A stretch of 64,000 nt of DNA from Bryobacterales bacterium (GTDB lineage: Bacteria > Acidobacteriota > Terriglobia > Bryobacterales > UBA6623): positions 608,001 through 672,000 of the forward strand of contig OY729427.2 of assembly GCA_963422375.2 (NCBI GenBank). The letters run 5' to 3'. The notes beneath the pieces were generated by a model. That model did no database searches, had not been told where the DNA came from, and saw only the letters and a program-made list of their open reading frames with translations. Of this stretch, positions 20,648-31,497 are shown piece by piece. Made by a program: the position numbers and the translations under genes. The first letter of the stretch is position 1; each line of letters begins with the position of its first letter.

Positions 20648-21946
20648 ATGAAGACCAACAGCACTCTCCTGTTCGCGGCCCTGCTGGCGCTGCTGGTGCT
20701 GGTGGCCTTTGCCCAGAGCGCGTCCGTTGCGCTGGTCATTCTCAACATGTGCCTGATCTCCGCGATCATGGCGCTTGGCGTCAACATCCAGTGGGGCTAT
20801 GCGGGCCTGTCGAACTACGGCACGGTGGGCTTCGTGGCTCTGGGCGGGGTAGCAGCGGCGCTCGTCTCGATGCCGCCGGTGGCGGAGGCCTGGGCAGCCG
20901 GGGGCCTGCGGGTCGCGGCAGCCCTGGCGCTTGGAGCGGCCGCGATCGCTCTGGCGCTGCAGCTGCACCGGCGTCTCGGGCCGGCGCGGGTGCGGACGCT
21001 GGCGGTGGCGGGCACGCTGGCCGCGGGATTCATCGTTTTCCGGCTCGTCTTCGATCCCGCCGCGGAGGCCATCGAGTCGGTCAACCCCGCGAGCGAGGGC
21101 TACATGGGCGGGCTCGGCCTGCCGGTGCTGCTCTCCTGGCCGGTCGGAGGCCTCCTCGCGGCGGGCGCGGCATGGCTCATCGGCAGGACCGCGCTGGGCC
21201 TGCGCTCGGACTACCTGGCGATCGCGACGCTGTGCATCTCGGAAATCGTCGTCATCGCGATCAAGAACGAGGATTGGCTTACGCGCGGCGCGCGGAACAT
21301 CATCGGCATCCCGCGGCCCGTAGCCCACGAGGTCGACCTGCAGAAGTCGGAGAGCTTCCTCGAATGGGCCGAGCGCCTCGGCATGGACGCGGCCGAGCTG
21401 TCCTCCGTGTACGTGAAATCGTCGTACGCGCTACTCTTCGCGACCGTGCTCCTGGCGCTGCTCTGGCTGTCCCAGAGAGCGCTGGCATCCCCCTGGGGCC
21501 GCATGATGCGGGCCATTCGGGAAAACGAGCTGGCCGCGGGCGCCTTCGGGAAGCACGTCGCAGCCCGGCACCTGCAGGCGTTCGTTCTCGGCTCGGCGGT
21601 CTGCGGCCTCGCGGGGGCGATGATGACGACCCTCGACGGCCAGTTCACGCCGGGGGCGTACGAGCCGCTGCGCCTCACGTTCCTGATCTGGGTGATGGTG
21701 ATCGTCGGCGGCTCGGGGAACAACCTGGGCTCGACCCTCGGCGGCATGCTGATCTGGTTCCTGTGGGTGGAGGTAGAACCCGCGGGCCAGTGGCTCATGC
21801 AGGCGCTCGCGTCCGGCCTGCCCGAGGACAGCGGCATGCGCGCCCGGATGCTGGAAAACGCCGCCAACATGCGGCAGATGGTAATGGGCGCGGTCCTGCT
21901 GCTCGTCCTAAGGTTCCGGCCGCGCGGCCTGATTCCCGAGCGGTAA
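20648..21946 (+). CDS. livM: HAAT ABC permease (LivM-like)
   Basis: NIQWGYAGL, LRSDYLAIATL, SPWGRMMRAIREN, IVGGSGNN, RPRGLIPE. Confidence 0.92.
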   Translation: MKTNSTLLFAALLALLVLVAFAQSASVALVILNMCLISAIMALGVNIQWGYAGLSNYGTVGFVALGGVAAALVSMPPVAEAWAAGGLRVAAALALGAAAIALALQLHRRLGPARVRTLAVAGTLAAGFIVFRLVFDPAAEAIESVNPASEGYMGGLGLPVLLSWPVGGLLAAGAAWLIGRTALGLRSDYLAIATLCISEIVVIAIKNEDWLTRGARNIIGIPRPVAHEVDLQKSESFLEWAERLGMDAAELSSVYVKSSYALLFATVLLALLWLSQRALASPWGRMMRAIRENELAAGAFGKHVAARHLQAFVLGSAVCGLAGAMMTTLDGQFTPGAYEPLRLTFLIWVMVIVGGSGNNLGSTLGGMLIWFLWVEVEPAGQWLMQALASGLPEDSGMRARMLENAANMRQMVMGAVLLLVLRFRPRGLIPER

Positions 21947-21963
21947 CGCGGACCCGAGCGCGG

Positions 21964-24425
21964 CACGGCTGATTCATAGAGATTCCTAGCGTTCTGGTGT
22001 CGATGGCCTACGTAGTGCTTGTGACAAGACTCCTGAATACTGGCCCAATCAGCATTTCATACTACATACCGGGGAGAGATGGATCTCCAAGCACAACATA
22101 TAGGTCCCAAAGTCGGAAATTGCTCAGACGCCAATCGCGAAGATTTCCGCGCTCTACCCAGAATCGCCAGGATCTCGGATTAGTCGTAGGATTCCAGCGC
22201 AATCCTCGCCTTGAGAGATTGGACCTAACACCTTTTCTGCCAAGGGGATACGAGTTTTCTCACGGGCACTAAGTAGGGTGTGCTTCGTCCTAGCCTTAGG
22301 GTCCGGCAAACGAGCAGTTAGGGGGTAGGCTGGCTTTCTTGGCGGGAATCGTGTATGCCCGGAGCCATGGCAATCATTGCTGCAGCCTATGTGCTTGCCG
22401 TTCGGAAAAACCCGGGCTTCCGCTTGGAGGAGGTGGTCGTGTGCCTCATTCAGCCCGAGGAGCGGCTGGAGCGGGACCGGCGAACGGAGGCCGGACACTA
22501 CCTGGGCTTCCAGCACTTCGCAGGCCGCGGGCTGCGCTACCTCTCCGAGTGGCGCGGGCAGTCGCTGGCCCCGCTGGGCTGGCAGACCGGCGTGTTCCAG
22601 TGCGCGCCGCGCGACCAGTGGATTGGCTGGCACCGCGCGGTGCGAATGCTCCGCCTGCATCTGATCGGCAAGAACACGCGCTTCCCGGTGCTGGCCGCGG
22701 GCAAGGGCCTGAAGAACCCCGGCTCGTTCGTGCCCCGGGGCCAACCTGCGGCGCCTCGGCGCGGACCGGGAGCTTCCGCTGCCGCTAGCCGAGACCCTCG
22801 TGAGGCCGAGCGCGTACCGCGGCACGGTGTACCTAGCGGCGAACTGGATTCCGGTGGGGCTGTCCCAGGGCTACGCGCGCTCGAACGGCAAGTACGCCGC
22901 CAAGCACGGGGAACGCAAGCGCATGCCGGTGTACCCGCTGCAAGACGGCGCGCAGGAACTGCTGCCGGACCCGCGGGCCCGCCCGGAATGGTCCCGCGGG
23001 GCGGTGCAGGTGCAGTACGAGCTTCCCGAGCTGCGCTCGCTGCGGGAATCGCGGGACGAGCTTGAGGACCCGCGCAGCGTGCGCGTCCTGCGGCTTCCGC
23101 TGGGTGCCGCGGTGGCGTTGCCGGCGCTGGCAAGGCTCGCCGGGCACAGCGGCGGGCGGGCCGCCGACAGGCTCGCCAAAGCCTTGACGCAAAAGGAGTT
23201 GCGTCTCCTAGGATGCCGCTTCCGGCGCGACCGCGGGCGCTACTAGGCGCCCTCGGACACGACCCTCCAGAGCATCATGGAGCGGCTCGCGCCGGGGGAG
23301 CTGGAGCGCGTCGTCCAGCGCTGGACGCAGCCGCGCTGCAAGCGTCCCGAGGCCGTGGCCGCGGACGGCAAGCGCATCCGCGGGACCAACCGCCTCACCC
23401 CGGAAGGCACGCATTGCGAGACGGTCACGCTGGCGGACTACGCGACCGGCATCCCGCTGGCTAGCCGGGGCCGCTGCAAGGAGGGCGGCGAGCCGGCGAC
23501 GATGCGGGGGCTGCTGGAGGAGATTGACGTGCGCGGGCCGGTGGTGACCTTGGACGCGGGGCCCGCCGGGCTCGCTGCGGAGGCCGCCCTGGCGGACCGG
23601 CGCGGCGCGGACTGGCTGCAGATGATCCAAGGTAACTGCAAGGCCACGCTGGCACGGCTGGTGGCCGGGGGTTGGTCGCGGGGGCGCCGCTACGTGCAGC
23701 GCTGGAGGCGCTCGCGCGGGCGCTGGGAGAAGCGCGTGATCGAGGTCGTGCACCTGGAGCCCGGGGAGCTGGCGCTCCGGCACGCACGCCAGGCGATCCG
23801 CGTGACGCACCGCACGCGTGAGGCCAAGGACAGCCCGGTGACCGAGGAGGTGCTCCACGGCATCATGTCGCTGACGCGCGCGCTGGCCGGGGCGCGGCGC
23901 CTGCTGACGCTGCAGCGCGGACGCCGGGCGGCGGAGAACGCGAACCGCTTCTCGCGCGACGCGGTCTTCCGCGAGGACGCCGGCCGCATCCGCACCGGCA
24001 ACGGGCCCTTGGCGAACGCGGCGCCGAGCCACCTCGCGCTGGCGATCGCGCGCCGCCGGGGCAAGGAATTCGACACGGTGCCGCAGGCGCGGATCCACTT
24101 CGCCGTGCGGCGCGAGGACGCCTTGGCGGCGATCCTGCGGCCGACCCGAACCACCGGCCGCCGACCTGACATCGCAGCGCGCGGGGCGGCCGGCCGTAGC
24201 TTGGAACGCCGGCCCGGCGGGTCCCGCAGCAAGGGACCGGGCGGGGAAACGGCCGGTTCGCGCTTGCTGCCGGGAGAGCCTGCCCGGGCCCGAAGGACGG
24301 GCCGCTACCGGAGGCGGTGCACATCTTCCCGCGCAGACTCGGCCGCTGCGCGGGTCCAAGCGCCCACTCGCCCTCGCACACGACCCGCTTGGCGTAGACC
24401 CACGGACGAGAAGGAACCAACCCTG
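21964..24425 (+). mobile_element. ISAs1-family element with DUF4338-transposase, decayed (coding remnants ~22339-24150)
   Basis: Degenerate TIRs CACGGCTGATTCAT vs CAGGGTTGGTTCCT; 10-bp TSD CCGAGCGCGG/CCGAGCGGGG (9/10). Motifs HYLG, RDQWIGW, YRGTVY.AANW; AADGK, VTLDA, EN...RD.VFRED. Confidence 0.85.
22014..22270. mobile_element. MITE (257 bp), copy 2, nested in the ISAs1 left end
   Basis: Reverse-complement homolog of 8146-8412. TIR AGTGCTTGTGACAAGAC / GTTTTCTCACGGGCACT; flanks ACGT/AAGT. Confidence 0.88.
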
Positions 24426-24439
24426 CCGAGCGGGGACGC

Positions 24440-25003
24440 CTAGACCGGCTGCTGCGTCTGCGCGACCATCACGCGCTGCTTGAAATCCTCCAGCATCGAC
24501 TCGTCGAGGCGGACCTGCGTCGGGCGGCGCTCCAATGTCGTCATGCGGTCGATCTTGTCCTGGAGCTTCATCAGGGCGTAGAACAGGTTCTCCGGGCGCG
24601 GAGGACAGCCCGTCACGTAGATGTCGACTGGGACGATCTTGTCCACGCCCTGCAGGACGCCGTAGGTGTTGAAGGGACCCCCGACCGAGGAGCAGGCGCC
24701 CATCGAAATGCACCACTTGGGCTCTGGCATCTGATCCCAGATCCGCTTCAGCACGGGCGCCATCTTCAGCGTCACCGTCCCGGCGACGATCATTAGGTCG
24801 GACTGCCGCGGGCTCGGGCGGAAAACCTCCGCGCCGAAGCGGGCGATGTCGAAGCGCGACGTGGAGGACGCGATCATCTCGATCGCGCAGCAAGCCAGCC
24901 CGAACGTCAGCGGCCAGATGGCCGACTTCCGCGCCCAGTTGAAAACGTAATCAACCGAGGTCGTCATGAAGTTCCGTTCAAACTGGTTCTGCAGGTAGGG
25001 CAT
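24440..25003 (-). CDS. nuoB: NADH-quinone oxidoreductase subunit B
   Basis: [48 protein letters not shown]. Confidence 0.96.
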   Translation of the reverse strand: MPYLQNQFERNFMTTSVDYVFNWARKSAIWPLTFGLACCAIEMIASSTSRFDIARFGAEVFRPSPRQSDLMIVAGTVTLKMAPVLKRIWDQMPEPKWCISMGACSSVGGPFNTYGVLQGVDKIVPVDIYVTGCPPRPENLFYALMKLQDKIDRMTTLERRPTQVRLDESMLEDFKQRVMVAQTQQPV

Positions 25004-25706
25004 GAACGCTCCGCACGCCCTTCATTATACCGCCGGGGCCGGTCCTGGCACCCATTCCGCCCCAAGCGGGCTCCGGGCGGCCTGCGTCGGCCTAGCGCTG
25101 GCCGCTGGGGCCGCCTGCGACATCCCGCGCTTCTCGATGCCGGTCCCGCCCGTGTTCGAGACGTACGGCCCGCCCGCCGTCATCGCGGAGACCGATGGCT
25201 CCGGACGAGTCACCAGCGCCCGCACGGTGCCGACCGTGATCCGCAACGACGCCGGCTGGCGGCAGGCCCTTCCGCGCGGGAGCTACCCGATAGCTCGCGG
25301 CGGTGACACCGAGCTGGGGTTCAGCGGCCGCTACCACGACTTCGACCAGCGCGGCGTGTACCGCTGCGTCGGATGCCGGACCGCGCTGTTCCGCTCGGCG
25401 GACAAACGCGCATCGGCGGACGGCTGGCCCAGCTTCTCGCGAACGGTCGCAGCGTCCAACGTCGCCGTCTACTGGGACACCTCGTGGGGCCTGCGGCGGC
25501 GCGCCGTGCGCTGCGCCCGCTGCTCGTCTCACATCGGGCACGTCTTCGGCGATGGTCCGCCGCCGTCACGGCGGCGCTACTGCGTCAATTCAGCGTCGCT
25601 CGAGTTCGTCGCGTCCGGAACCCGACCGGGCAAGCCGCGTCAGGCCAGGACCTCGCCCACCACGCGGCCGTACACGTCCGTCAGCCGGAAGTCGCGGCCG
25701 CTGTAG
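25002..25706 (+). CDS. msrB: Peptide methionine-R-sulfoxide reductase, probably lipoprotein/exported
   Basis: [35 protein letters not shown]. Hydrophobic stretch ending AGAAC. Start uncertain. Confidence 0.88.
   Translation: MNAPHALHYTAGAGPGTHSAPSGLRAACVGLALAAGAACDIPRFSMPVPPVFETYGPPAVIAETDGSGRVTSARTVPTVIRNDAGWRQALPRGSYPIARGGDTELGFSGRYHDFDQRGVYRCVGCRTALFRSADKRASADGWPSFSRTVAASNVAVYWDTSWGLRRRAVRCARCSSHIGHVFGDGPPPSRRRYCVNSASLEFVASGTRPGKPRQARTSPTTRPYTSVSRKSRPL
25024..25029 (-). promoter_or_regulatory. Perfect -10 hexamer (TATAAT) upstream of nuoB
   Basis: ATTATA on the + strand 20 nt upstream of the nuoB start, in otherwise GC-rich sequence. Confidence 0.55.
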
Positions 25707-27058
25707 CGATAGGTGAGGCGCTCGTGGTCCAGCCCGAGCAGGTGCAGGATCGTCGCGTGCAGGTCATGCACGTGGACCTTGTCCTCGACGGCGCGGTACC
25801 CGAACTCGTCCAGCTCCCCGAAGGTCATGCCGCCCCGGACGCCGCCGCCTGCCAGCCAGGCGCAGAAGCCGTACGGATTGTGACCGCGCCCGAACGTGCT
25901 CCGATCGCCCGCACCGTCCTGCAGGTCCTGGTAGTGGGGCGTGCGCCCGAACTCCCCGGACCACACCAGAAGAGTGTCGTCGAACAGGCCGCGCTGCTTC
26001 AGATCCCGGATCAGAGCGGAGATCGGCCGGTCGACCGACCGGCAGCGCTCGGGATGGGCCTTTAGGATGTTGGCGTGGCTGTCCCAGCCGTTCGAGGTGA
26101 TCTGGACGAAACGGACGCCGGCCTCGGCGAACCGTCGCGCCAGCAGGCACTGCCTTCCGAAGTCATCGGTCGGCTTGCTGCCGATCCCGTACATGTCGAG
26201 GGTGGACTTGGACTCGCCTGACAGGTCGACCAGCGACGGCACTTCCGCCTGCATGCGAAACGCCAGCTCGAACGACTCGATGACGCCCTCGAGCCCGCGG
26301 TCGGCCCGATGCCGCTCCAGATGGGCCCGGTTCATCTCCTGGATCAAGTCGAGCTGCCGGCGCTGGGCCGCGGGCTCGATCGACGGATCGTCCAGGTAGC
26401 CGATCGTGGCCTTCCTCGACCCGACCGCGGAGTTGCCGAGCGCGGTCCCTTGGTACACCGCCGGAAGGAACGCGTTGCCGTAGAGCTGCACGCTCCCGCC
26501 GTCGCCTGAAATGTTGGGCGCGATCGTCACGAACGCCGGCAGGCTCCGGTTCTCCGTGCCGAGGCCGTAGGCCACCCACGAGCCGATCGAGGGCCGCACG
26601 AGCTGCGTGGCGCCGGTGTGCAGCTGCCGCACCGCGGGCGCGTGGGCCTCGCTGTCGGCCACCATCGCCTTGAGGACGCACAGGTCGTCGACATGGCGGC
26701 TCAGGTGCGGCAGCAGGTCGGAAACCTGAATGCCCGACTGGCCGGCAGGCGCGAACTTCGCGATCGGCGCCATCAGCCTGGAATAGGCCACGCCGGGCAT
26801 CGCCCGGTTCGAGGGCATCGAGTAGGGGAGAGGCTCGCCGTCGCGCCGCGCCAGCGCGGGCTTGTAGTCGAACAGGTCGACCTGCGACGGACCGCCCTGC
26901 ATCCACAGGAAGATCACGCGCTTGGCCCGCGGCTCGTGATGGGGCGCCTTGGGAGCGAGCGGGCCGGGCTTGGCCTGGGCCCGCTCCGCCAGCATCGCCC
27001 GCAGCGCCACCATGCCGAGACCGCACCCCGTGGCTCGCAACAGTTCGCGCCGATTCAT
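25640..27058 (-). CDS. DUF1501 domain protein (Tat-exported)
   Basis: MNRRELL signal, AKRVIFLWMQGGPSQVDLFDYKP, GEFGRTP, DLHATILHLLG. Confidence 0.93.
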   Translation of the reverse strand: MNRRELLRATGCGLGMVALRAMLAERAQAKPGPLAPKAPHHEPRAKRVIFLWMQGGPSQVDLFDYKPALARRDGEPLPYSMPSNRAMPGVAYSRLMAPIAKFAPAGQSGIQVSDLLPHLSRHVDDLCVLKAMVADSEAHAPAVRQLHTGATQLVRPSIGSWVAYGLGTENRSLPAFVTIAPNISGDGGSVQLYGNAFLPAVYQGTALGNSAVGSRKATIGYLDDPSIEPAAQRRQLDLIQEMNRAHLERHRADRGLEGVIESFELAFRMQAEVPSLVDLSGESKSTLDMYGIGSKPTDDFGRQCLLARRFAEAGVRFVQITSNGWDSHANILKAHPERCRSVDRPISALIRDLKQRGLFDDTLLVWSGEFGRTPHYQDLQDGAGDRSTFGRGHNPYGFCAWLAGGGVRGGMTFGELDEFGYRAVEDKVHVHDLHATILHLLGLDHERLTYRYSGRDFRLTDVYGRVVGEVLA

Positions 27059-27079
27059 GATTGCCTCTCTCCTCTCGGG

Positions 27080-29590
27080 CTAGCTGCGGAACAGAAACTC
27101 GCTGGAAGCGAAAACCGCATGGCAGTAGCGCGCCCACGCACCGTCGCGGCCCAGGTCGGCCTCGGTATCGCGCAGGTAGGACCTCGCGCGCGCCGTGTCC
27201 TCGGTCGAGACCGGACGGCCAAGGGCTCGGAGCAGGAACGCGCGCACGCGCTCCTCGTCGCTCGCGCTGTCGTCGGCGAGCAGGGCGCGGGCGGCCGCCT
27301 CCGCCCGTCTGATCAGGAACGGCGAGTTCATCAGGTATAGGGCTTGCGTCGGCACGGTGGTCACGTCCCTGCGGCCCCTGACCGTGTTCGGGTCCGGAAA
27401 ATCGAACAGATTCAGGACGTCGACCTCGGCCAGCTGCGACTTGCGCAGGGTCGGCAGGTACACCGTGCGGCGGTATCTGGCCGCGTCACCCAATTCCAAG
27501 TTGGCCTCCAGGAAGGGAGGCTGCCCCATGCGCACGCTTCCGCGCGAGTGCAGCGGCAGGCTGGGCCCGCCCGCGCGGCGGTCGAGCGAGCCGCTGACAA
27601 GCAGGACCGCGTCCCGGATCGTCTCCGCCTCCAAGCGGCGCCGATTCGAGCGCCAGAGCAGGCGGTTGTCCGGATCCGCCGCGGCCGCCCGCTCGCTGTG
27701 GGACGACGCCAGCGCGTATGTCCGCGAGAGCACGATCTCGCGTATCAGCGCCTTGACCGACCAGTCCAGCCTCTGCAGGCGAATGGCGAGATAGTCGAGG
27801 AGCTCGGGATGGGTAGGCCGTTCGCCGAGCAGGCCGAAGTTGTCGACGCTTGCCACGATGCCCGCCCCGAACAGGTGGTGCCAGATCCGGTTCGCCATGA
27901 CGCGAGGCGTCAGCGGGTTGCCGGGGTCGGCCAGCCACTCGGCAAGCTCCAGCCGTCCGCTGCTTTTCTGAAACCCGACGCCGATCAGCCGCCGGTTGGC
28001 GATCTTCGGAGTCGAGTCCACTGGGACCAGCGATAGGAATCCGCGCGGCACGGATTCGCCGAGATTGCGCGGGTTGCCGCCAAGGCAAACGCTGGCGTCC
28101 TGCGGCTCGGGATCGTCCGAGAGCGCGAGCGCCGTCGGAGGGGCCGGCTTGCCGTAGTACTGGATTCTCGCCACTTCAGTCTTCTCGGCCGCCACCTCCC
28201 GGCGGGCCTTGGCGAGGCGCTCCTTGAGGTCGGCGACCGGGGCGGGAGCGGATCCGCCGGCCTCTGCGGCCGCGACCCTCTCGCTCAGATCCTTCGCGAG
28301 GCGCTCGGCACGAGCCAGATTCTCGGCGGCACGGGTGCGGTCCAGCTCCCACCTCTGGAGGGCTTCGGATCGCTCCCTCAGTTCCGCGGAGGTCTCGGGC
28401 AGCTGCGTGCGGGCGACGTCGCTGAAGACCCCGGACATGCGCCCGTCCAAGGTCCGCGTGCTACGGAAGATGCCCGCCAAGGCGTAGTACTCGCGCGTCG
28501 GCAGGGGATCGAACTTGTGGTCATGGCATCGGGCGCAGCCGATTGTCAGGCCGAGGATCGAGCGGCCCAGGGTGTCGAGCTGGTGGTCTACGATGTCCAT
28601 GCGAAGCTGGACCTTGTCCTGGTCGACCAGCGCCCACGGCCCGATCGCGAGGAATCCCGTTGCGACGACCTGCTCGCGACGCTGCGCGTCGTCCCGGAAC
28701 TCCAGCACGTCCCCTGCGACCTGCTCTTTGACGAATTGGTCGTAGGCCTTGTCCGCATTGAACGAGTCGATGACGTAATCGCGGTAGCGCCAGGCATCCC
28801 GCGCCGGGATGCGCCGGCCCAGTCCCAGCGTGTCGGCGTATCCGGTGAGGTCCAGCCAATGGCGGCCCCAGCGCTCCCCGAAGGCCGGCGACGCCAGGAG
28901 GCGGTCGACGGCCGCCTCCAAGGCCGTGGCCGGATCGTGCCCCACGAGGTCCCGAATCTGCTCGGGCGTCGGAGGCAGGCCGGTCAGGTCGAGCGCTAGC
29001 CGGCGGAACAGGGCGTGGCGGTCGGCAGGCCCGACCGGCGAGAGGCCCGCTGACTCCAGCCCGGCCAGCACGAAGCGGTCGATCTCGCCAAGCGGCCAGC
29101 GGACTCCTTCGACCGCGGGCGCGACGGGCTCGCCTAGCGGCTGCCAGGCCCAGTGCCCGACTCTGTCGCCTGGCGCGACGGACGCGCTTTCCGCGGACTG
29201 CCAGGCCGGGGCCTCGGGCCACGGAGCGCCCCGATTCACCCATTCGACGAGGTCGCCAATTTCCTTCTCTGAGAGCTTGCCCGACGGAGGCATCGAGATG
29301 CGACCGGGCTCGTGCCGCACCGCCTGGATCAGGCGGCTTGCTCCGGGGTCGCCGGGCACGACCGCCGGGCCCGAGCGCCCGCCGCGCAGCAGCCCCTCTT
29401 CGGAGTCGAGATGCAGCTCGGCGAACACCGTCGGGGCTTGCGAGCTATGGCACTGGTAGCAGTGCCGGGCCAGCAGCGGGCGGACCTGACGTTCGAAGAA
29501 TTCGAACTGCTCCGATTCGGTCCCAGCGCCCTTGGCGAGCGGAGCGACGCATGCCGCCAGCGCCACGGACCAAGCGAGAACTCTTCTCAC
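27080..29590 (-). CDS. PSD1/planctomycete cytochrome c protein (DUF1549/DUF1553)
   Basis: FFERQVRPLL..CYQCH, DLTGLPPT, GERWGRHWLD, CARCHDHKFDP, NPLTPRV.ANRIW, RRLEAE.IRD. GTG start is tentative. Confidence 0.92.
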   Translation of the reverse strand: MRRVLAWSVALAACVAPLAKGAGTESEQFEFFERQVRPLLARHCYQCHSSQAPTVFAELHLDSEEGLLRGGRSGPAVVPGDPGASRLIQAVRHEPGRISMPPSGKLSEKEIGDLVEWVNRGAPWPEAPAWQSAESASVAPGDRVGHWAWQPLGEPVAPAVEGVRWPLGEIDRFVLAGLESAGLSPVGPADRHALFRRLALDLTGLPPTPEQIRDLVGHDPATALEAAVDRLLASPAFGERWGRHWLDLTGYADTLGLGRRIPARDAWRYRDYVIDSFNADKAYDQFVKEQVAGDVLEFRDDAQRREQVVATGFLAIGPWALVDQDKVQLRMDIVDHQLDTLGRSILGLTIGCARCHDHKFDPLPTREYYALAGIFRSTRTLDGRMSGVFSDVARTQLPETSAELRERSEALQRWELDRTRAAENLARAERLAKDLSERVAAAEAGGSAPAPVADLKERLAKARREVAAEKTEVARIQYYGKPAPPTALALSDDPEPQDASVCLGGNPRNLGESVPRGFLSLVPVDSTPKIANRRLIGVGFQKSSGRLELAEWLADPGNPLTPRVMANRIWHHLFGAGIVASVDNFGLLGERPTHPELLDYLAIRLQRLDWSVKALIREIVLSRTYALASSHSERAAAADPDNRLLWRSNRRRLEAETIRDAVLLVSGSLDRRAGGPSLPLHSRGSVRMGQPPFLEANLELGDAARYRRTVYLPTLRKSQLAEVDVLNLFDFPDPNTVRGRRDVTTVPTQALYLMNSPFLIRRAEAAARALLADDSASDEERVRAFLLRALGRPVSTEDTARARSYLRDTEADLGRDGAWARYCHAVFASSEFLFRS

Positions 29591-30232
29591 ATCCCCTCCG
29601 CCGGCTTTCAGTCTACTTCCCTGAACCGCCCGAACCAGAGGGAATCCCGGACCGAGCCGGCGGATTCGGGGCGATTCAGGCCTCCGCGGCGGTCGCTTTG
29701 CGGGAGAAGGCCTGTCGCGTACCGCCGGCGCGCCGCGTGCGGCCCGAATCGGCATCCGGAAGGCGAGAAACGCCCGCGGGGCGCTCGCGAGGAGATGGCG
29801 GGACACGCCGCGCTTTACGGAATCGGCCTCGCCGGAGAAGGCAAGCGGGAGGACCGCCGGGCCCTCCTCCGTCAGATCCCTCCTCCCAGCCCGCACGCTG
29901 CGACTGGCAAGCGGCCCCGGCGGGACCGGCTTGATCAAACGGCGCGCAAGCGACCTGACCGAGAGGTAGACGGACCGCCGCGGAGTCGACGCCGGCCGCC
30001 CCGCGGCATTCGATCACGGCGGTAGCCCGCAATCGGCGAACCGGCGCCGGGACAGCGGAATCGAGAGGAGCGAGACCGCTTGGAAGCGGGGATGCCAGAG
30101 AAACCGTCGAATGATCGCCACGATGCTTGGCGGCTGCTGATCAACCCTCGGGCGCGCGGACGCGGCGAGGTCGCTTGCTGCGGGAAAGCGTTGGACGCGG
30201 AAACGGGCCAGCGCTTGGTAGCGGGCCCATCG

Positions 30233-31378
30233 CTAGTCCGAGCCGGCAGCGATGACATTCTCATACCAGTTGATGTTATTCGTGCGGGCCCCGATGCAGA
30301 CGAGGTCGGTATCGCCGTCGCCGTCAATGTCCGCCAGAGAGCAGCCCGCTGCCGAGATGCCTCCGTCATCGATTACCCGCCGATTCCAGCCGGACGGGCC
30401 GAACTTGTAGAAATACAGTGCTTGGGGCTGGCCCCGCATGCCGGCCACCACCTCGTCCGCCCCGTCCCCGTCCAGGTCTGCCACGTCCAGCACGTGCCCG
30501 TCTACGAACGTGTCGTCGATCACGGTCCGCGAGAGATACCCCCGCCCCTCGCAGCAGTACACAACCACCTTGTCGCCATGCCATGGCTCGATGGTGGCCA
30601 GAAAGCGCCCTCGAACAGAGCTGCCAACCCGCACCTCGCTCGCCCCGTCGTCGGGCCGCGACGCGATCGCGCCGTCAACGAGGCGCGCACGAACCCACCC
30701 TCCGGACTGGTCCGGGCGGAACCTGTCGATCCCGCCCATAGAGGCCGCGAGCACGGCAGGCCCGTCCCAGTCGGCCTCGCGCATCCCGTGGACGACGCCG
30801 TCCAAGTGGCGCGTGACGTACCGACGCTTCCAGTCCTCCGGCTCGTAGTACGCGAGGGGAGTGCCGCAGCGGAAGAACGGCTTGCGGCATCCGGGGCCGG
30901 CCAAGGGCGAGTTCAGCAGTTCGGGCGTACCGTCGCGGTCGAAATCCAGAAACCGCACCCTGTGCGTAGTCGGCAGGCGGTCGATCTCCCGGGCCGCCCA
31001 TGGCTGCGCGACGTCGCCCCGACTGCGGAGAATGTAGACCCGCCCCTCGCTAGTCTCGTCGGTCTGGTCGAAATGCGTGCCCAGCGCGATCTCTGGCACG
31101 CCGTCCCCGTCTAGATCCGCGGTGTCGAGCGTGATCATGCGTCGCATGCCGGAGACGACGGCTCGGCGCTTCCAGCTCGGATTCTCGTACCAATAGAGCG
31201 TGTCGGAGCGCTGGGAGAGGCCGATCACGTCCGGTCGGCCGTCTCCGTTGATGTCCGTCGTGCGAACCTGGTAGCCCGATGGCAGGTCGCTCTCGATGGA
31301 GTGCTGCCGGAACGGCGCCTCTTCCGCCGACAGGAGCAGTGGCAGCGCCAGCAGGAGGTGCGGTCCGCGCATGGGCAT
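30233..31378 (-). CDS. FG-GAP/VCBS repeat beta-propeller protein, secreted
   Basis: Repeated DINGDGRPD/DLDGDG motifs, WYENPSW, TIEPWHG. Confidence 0.88.
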   Translation of the reverse strand: MPMRGPHLLLALPLLLSAEEAPFRQHSIESDLPSGYQVRTTDINGDGRPDVIGLSQRSDTLYWYENPSWKRRAVVSGMRRMITLDTADLDGDGVPEIALGTHFDQTDETSEGRVYILRSRGDVAQPWAAREIDRLPTTHRVRFLDFDRDGTPELLNSPLAGPGCRKPFFRCGTPLAYYEPEDWKRRYVTRHLDGVVHGMREADWDGPAVLAASMGGIDRFRPDQSGGWVRARLVDGAIASRPDDGASEVRVGSSVRGRFLATIEPWHGDKVVVYCCEGRGYLSRTVIDDTFVDGHVLDVADLDGDGADEVVAGMRGQPQALYFYKFGPSGWNRRVIDDGGISAAGCSLADIDGDGDTDLVCIGARTNNINWYENVIAAGSD

Positions 31379-31497
31379 ATGGTCGCATGCGCGCCCCTCG
31401 CTTGAGTCGGTTCGGGGCCTTCTCCAGACCGGGACATGGCCAAGCGCCGGAGACACTGTAGCCGCCGCGGCGGGTCGGCGCCTCGCGAGCACAACGT

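Noticed and set aside
22339..23100. Druantia (DruA) anti-phage system
   Set aside because: The DUF4338 domain lies inside ISAs1 boundaries next to a DDE domain, and no DruE helicase or other dru genes are present.
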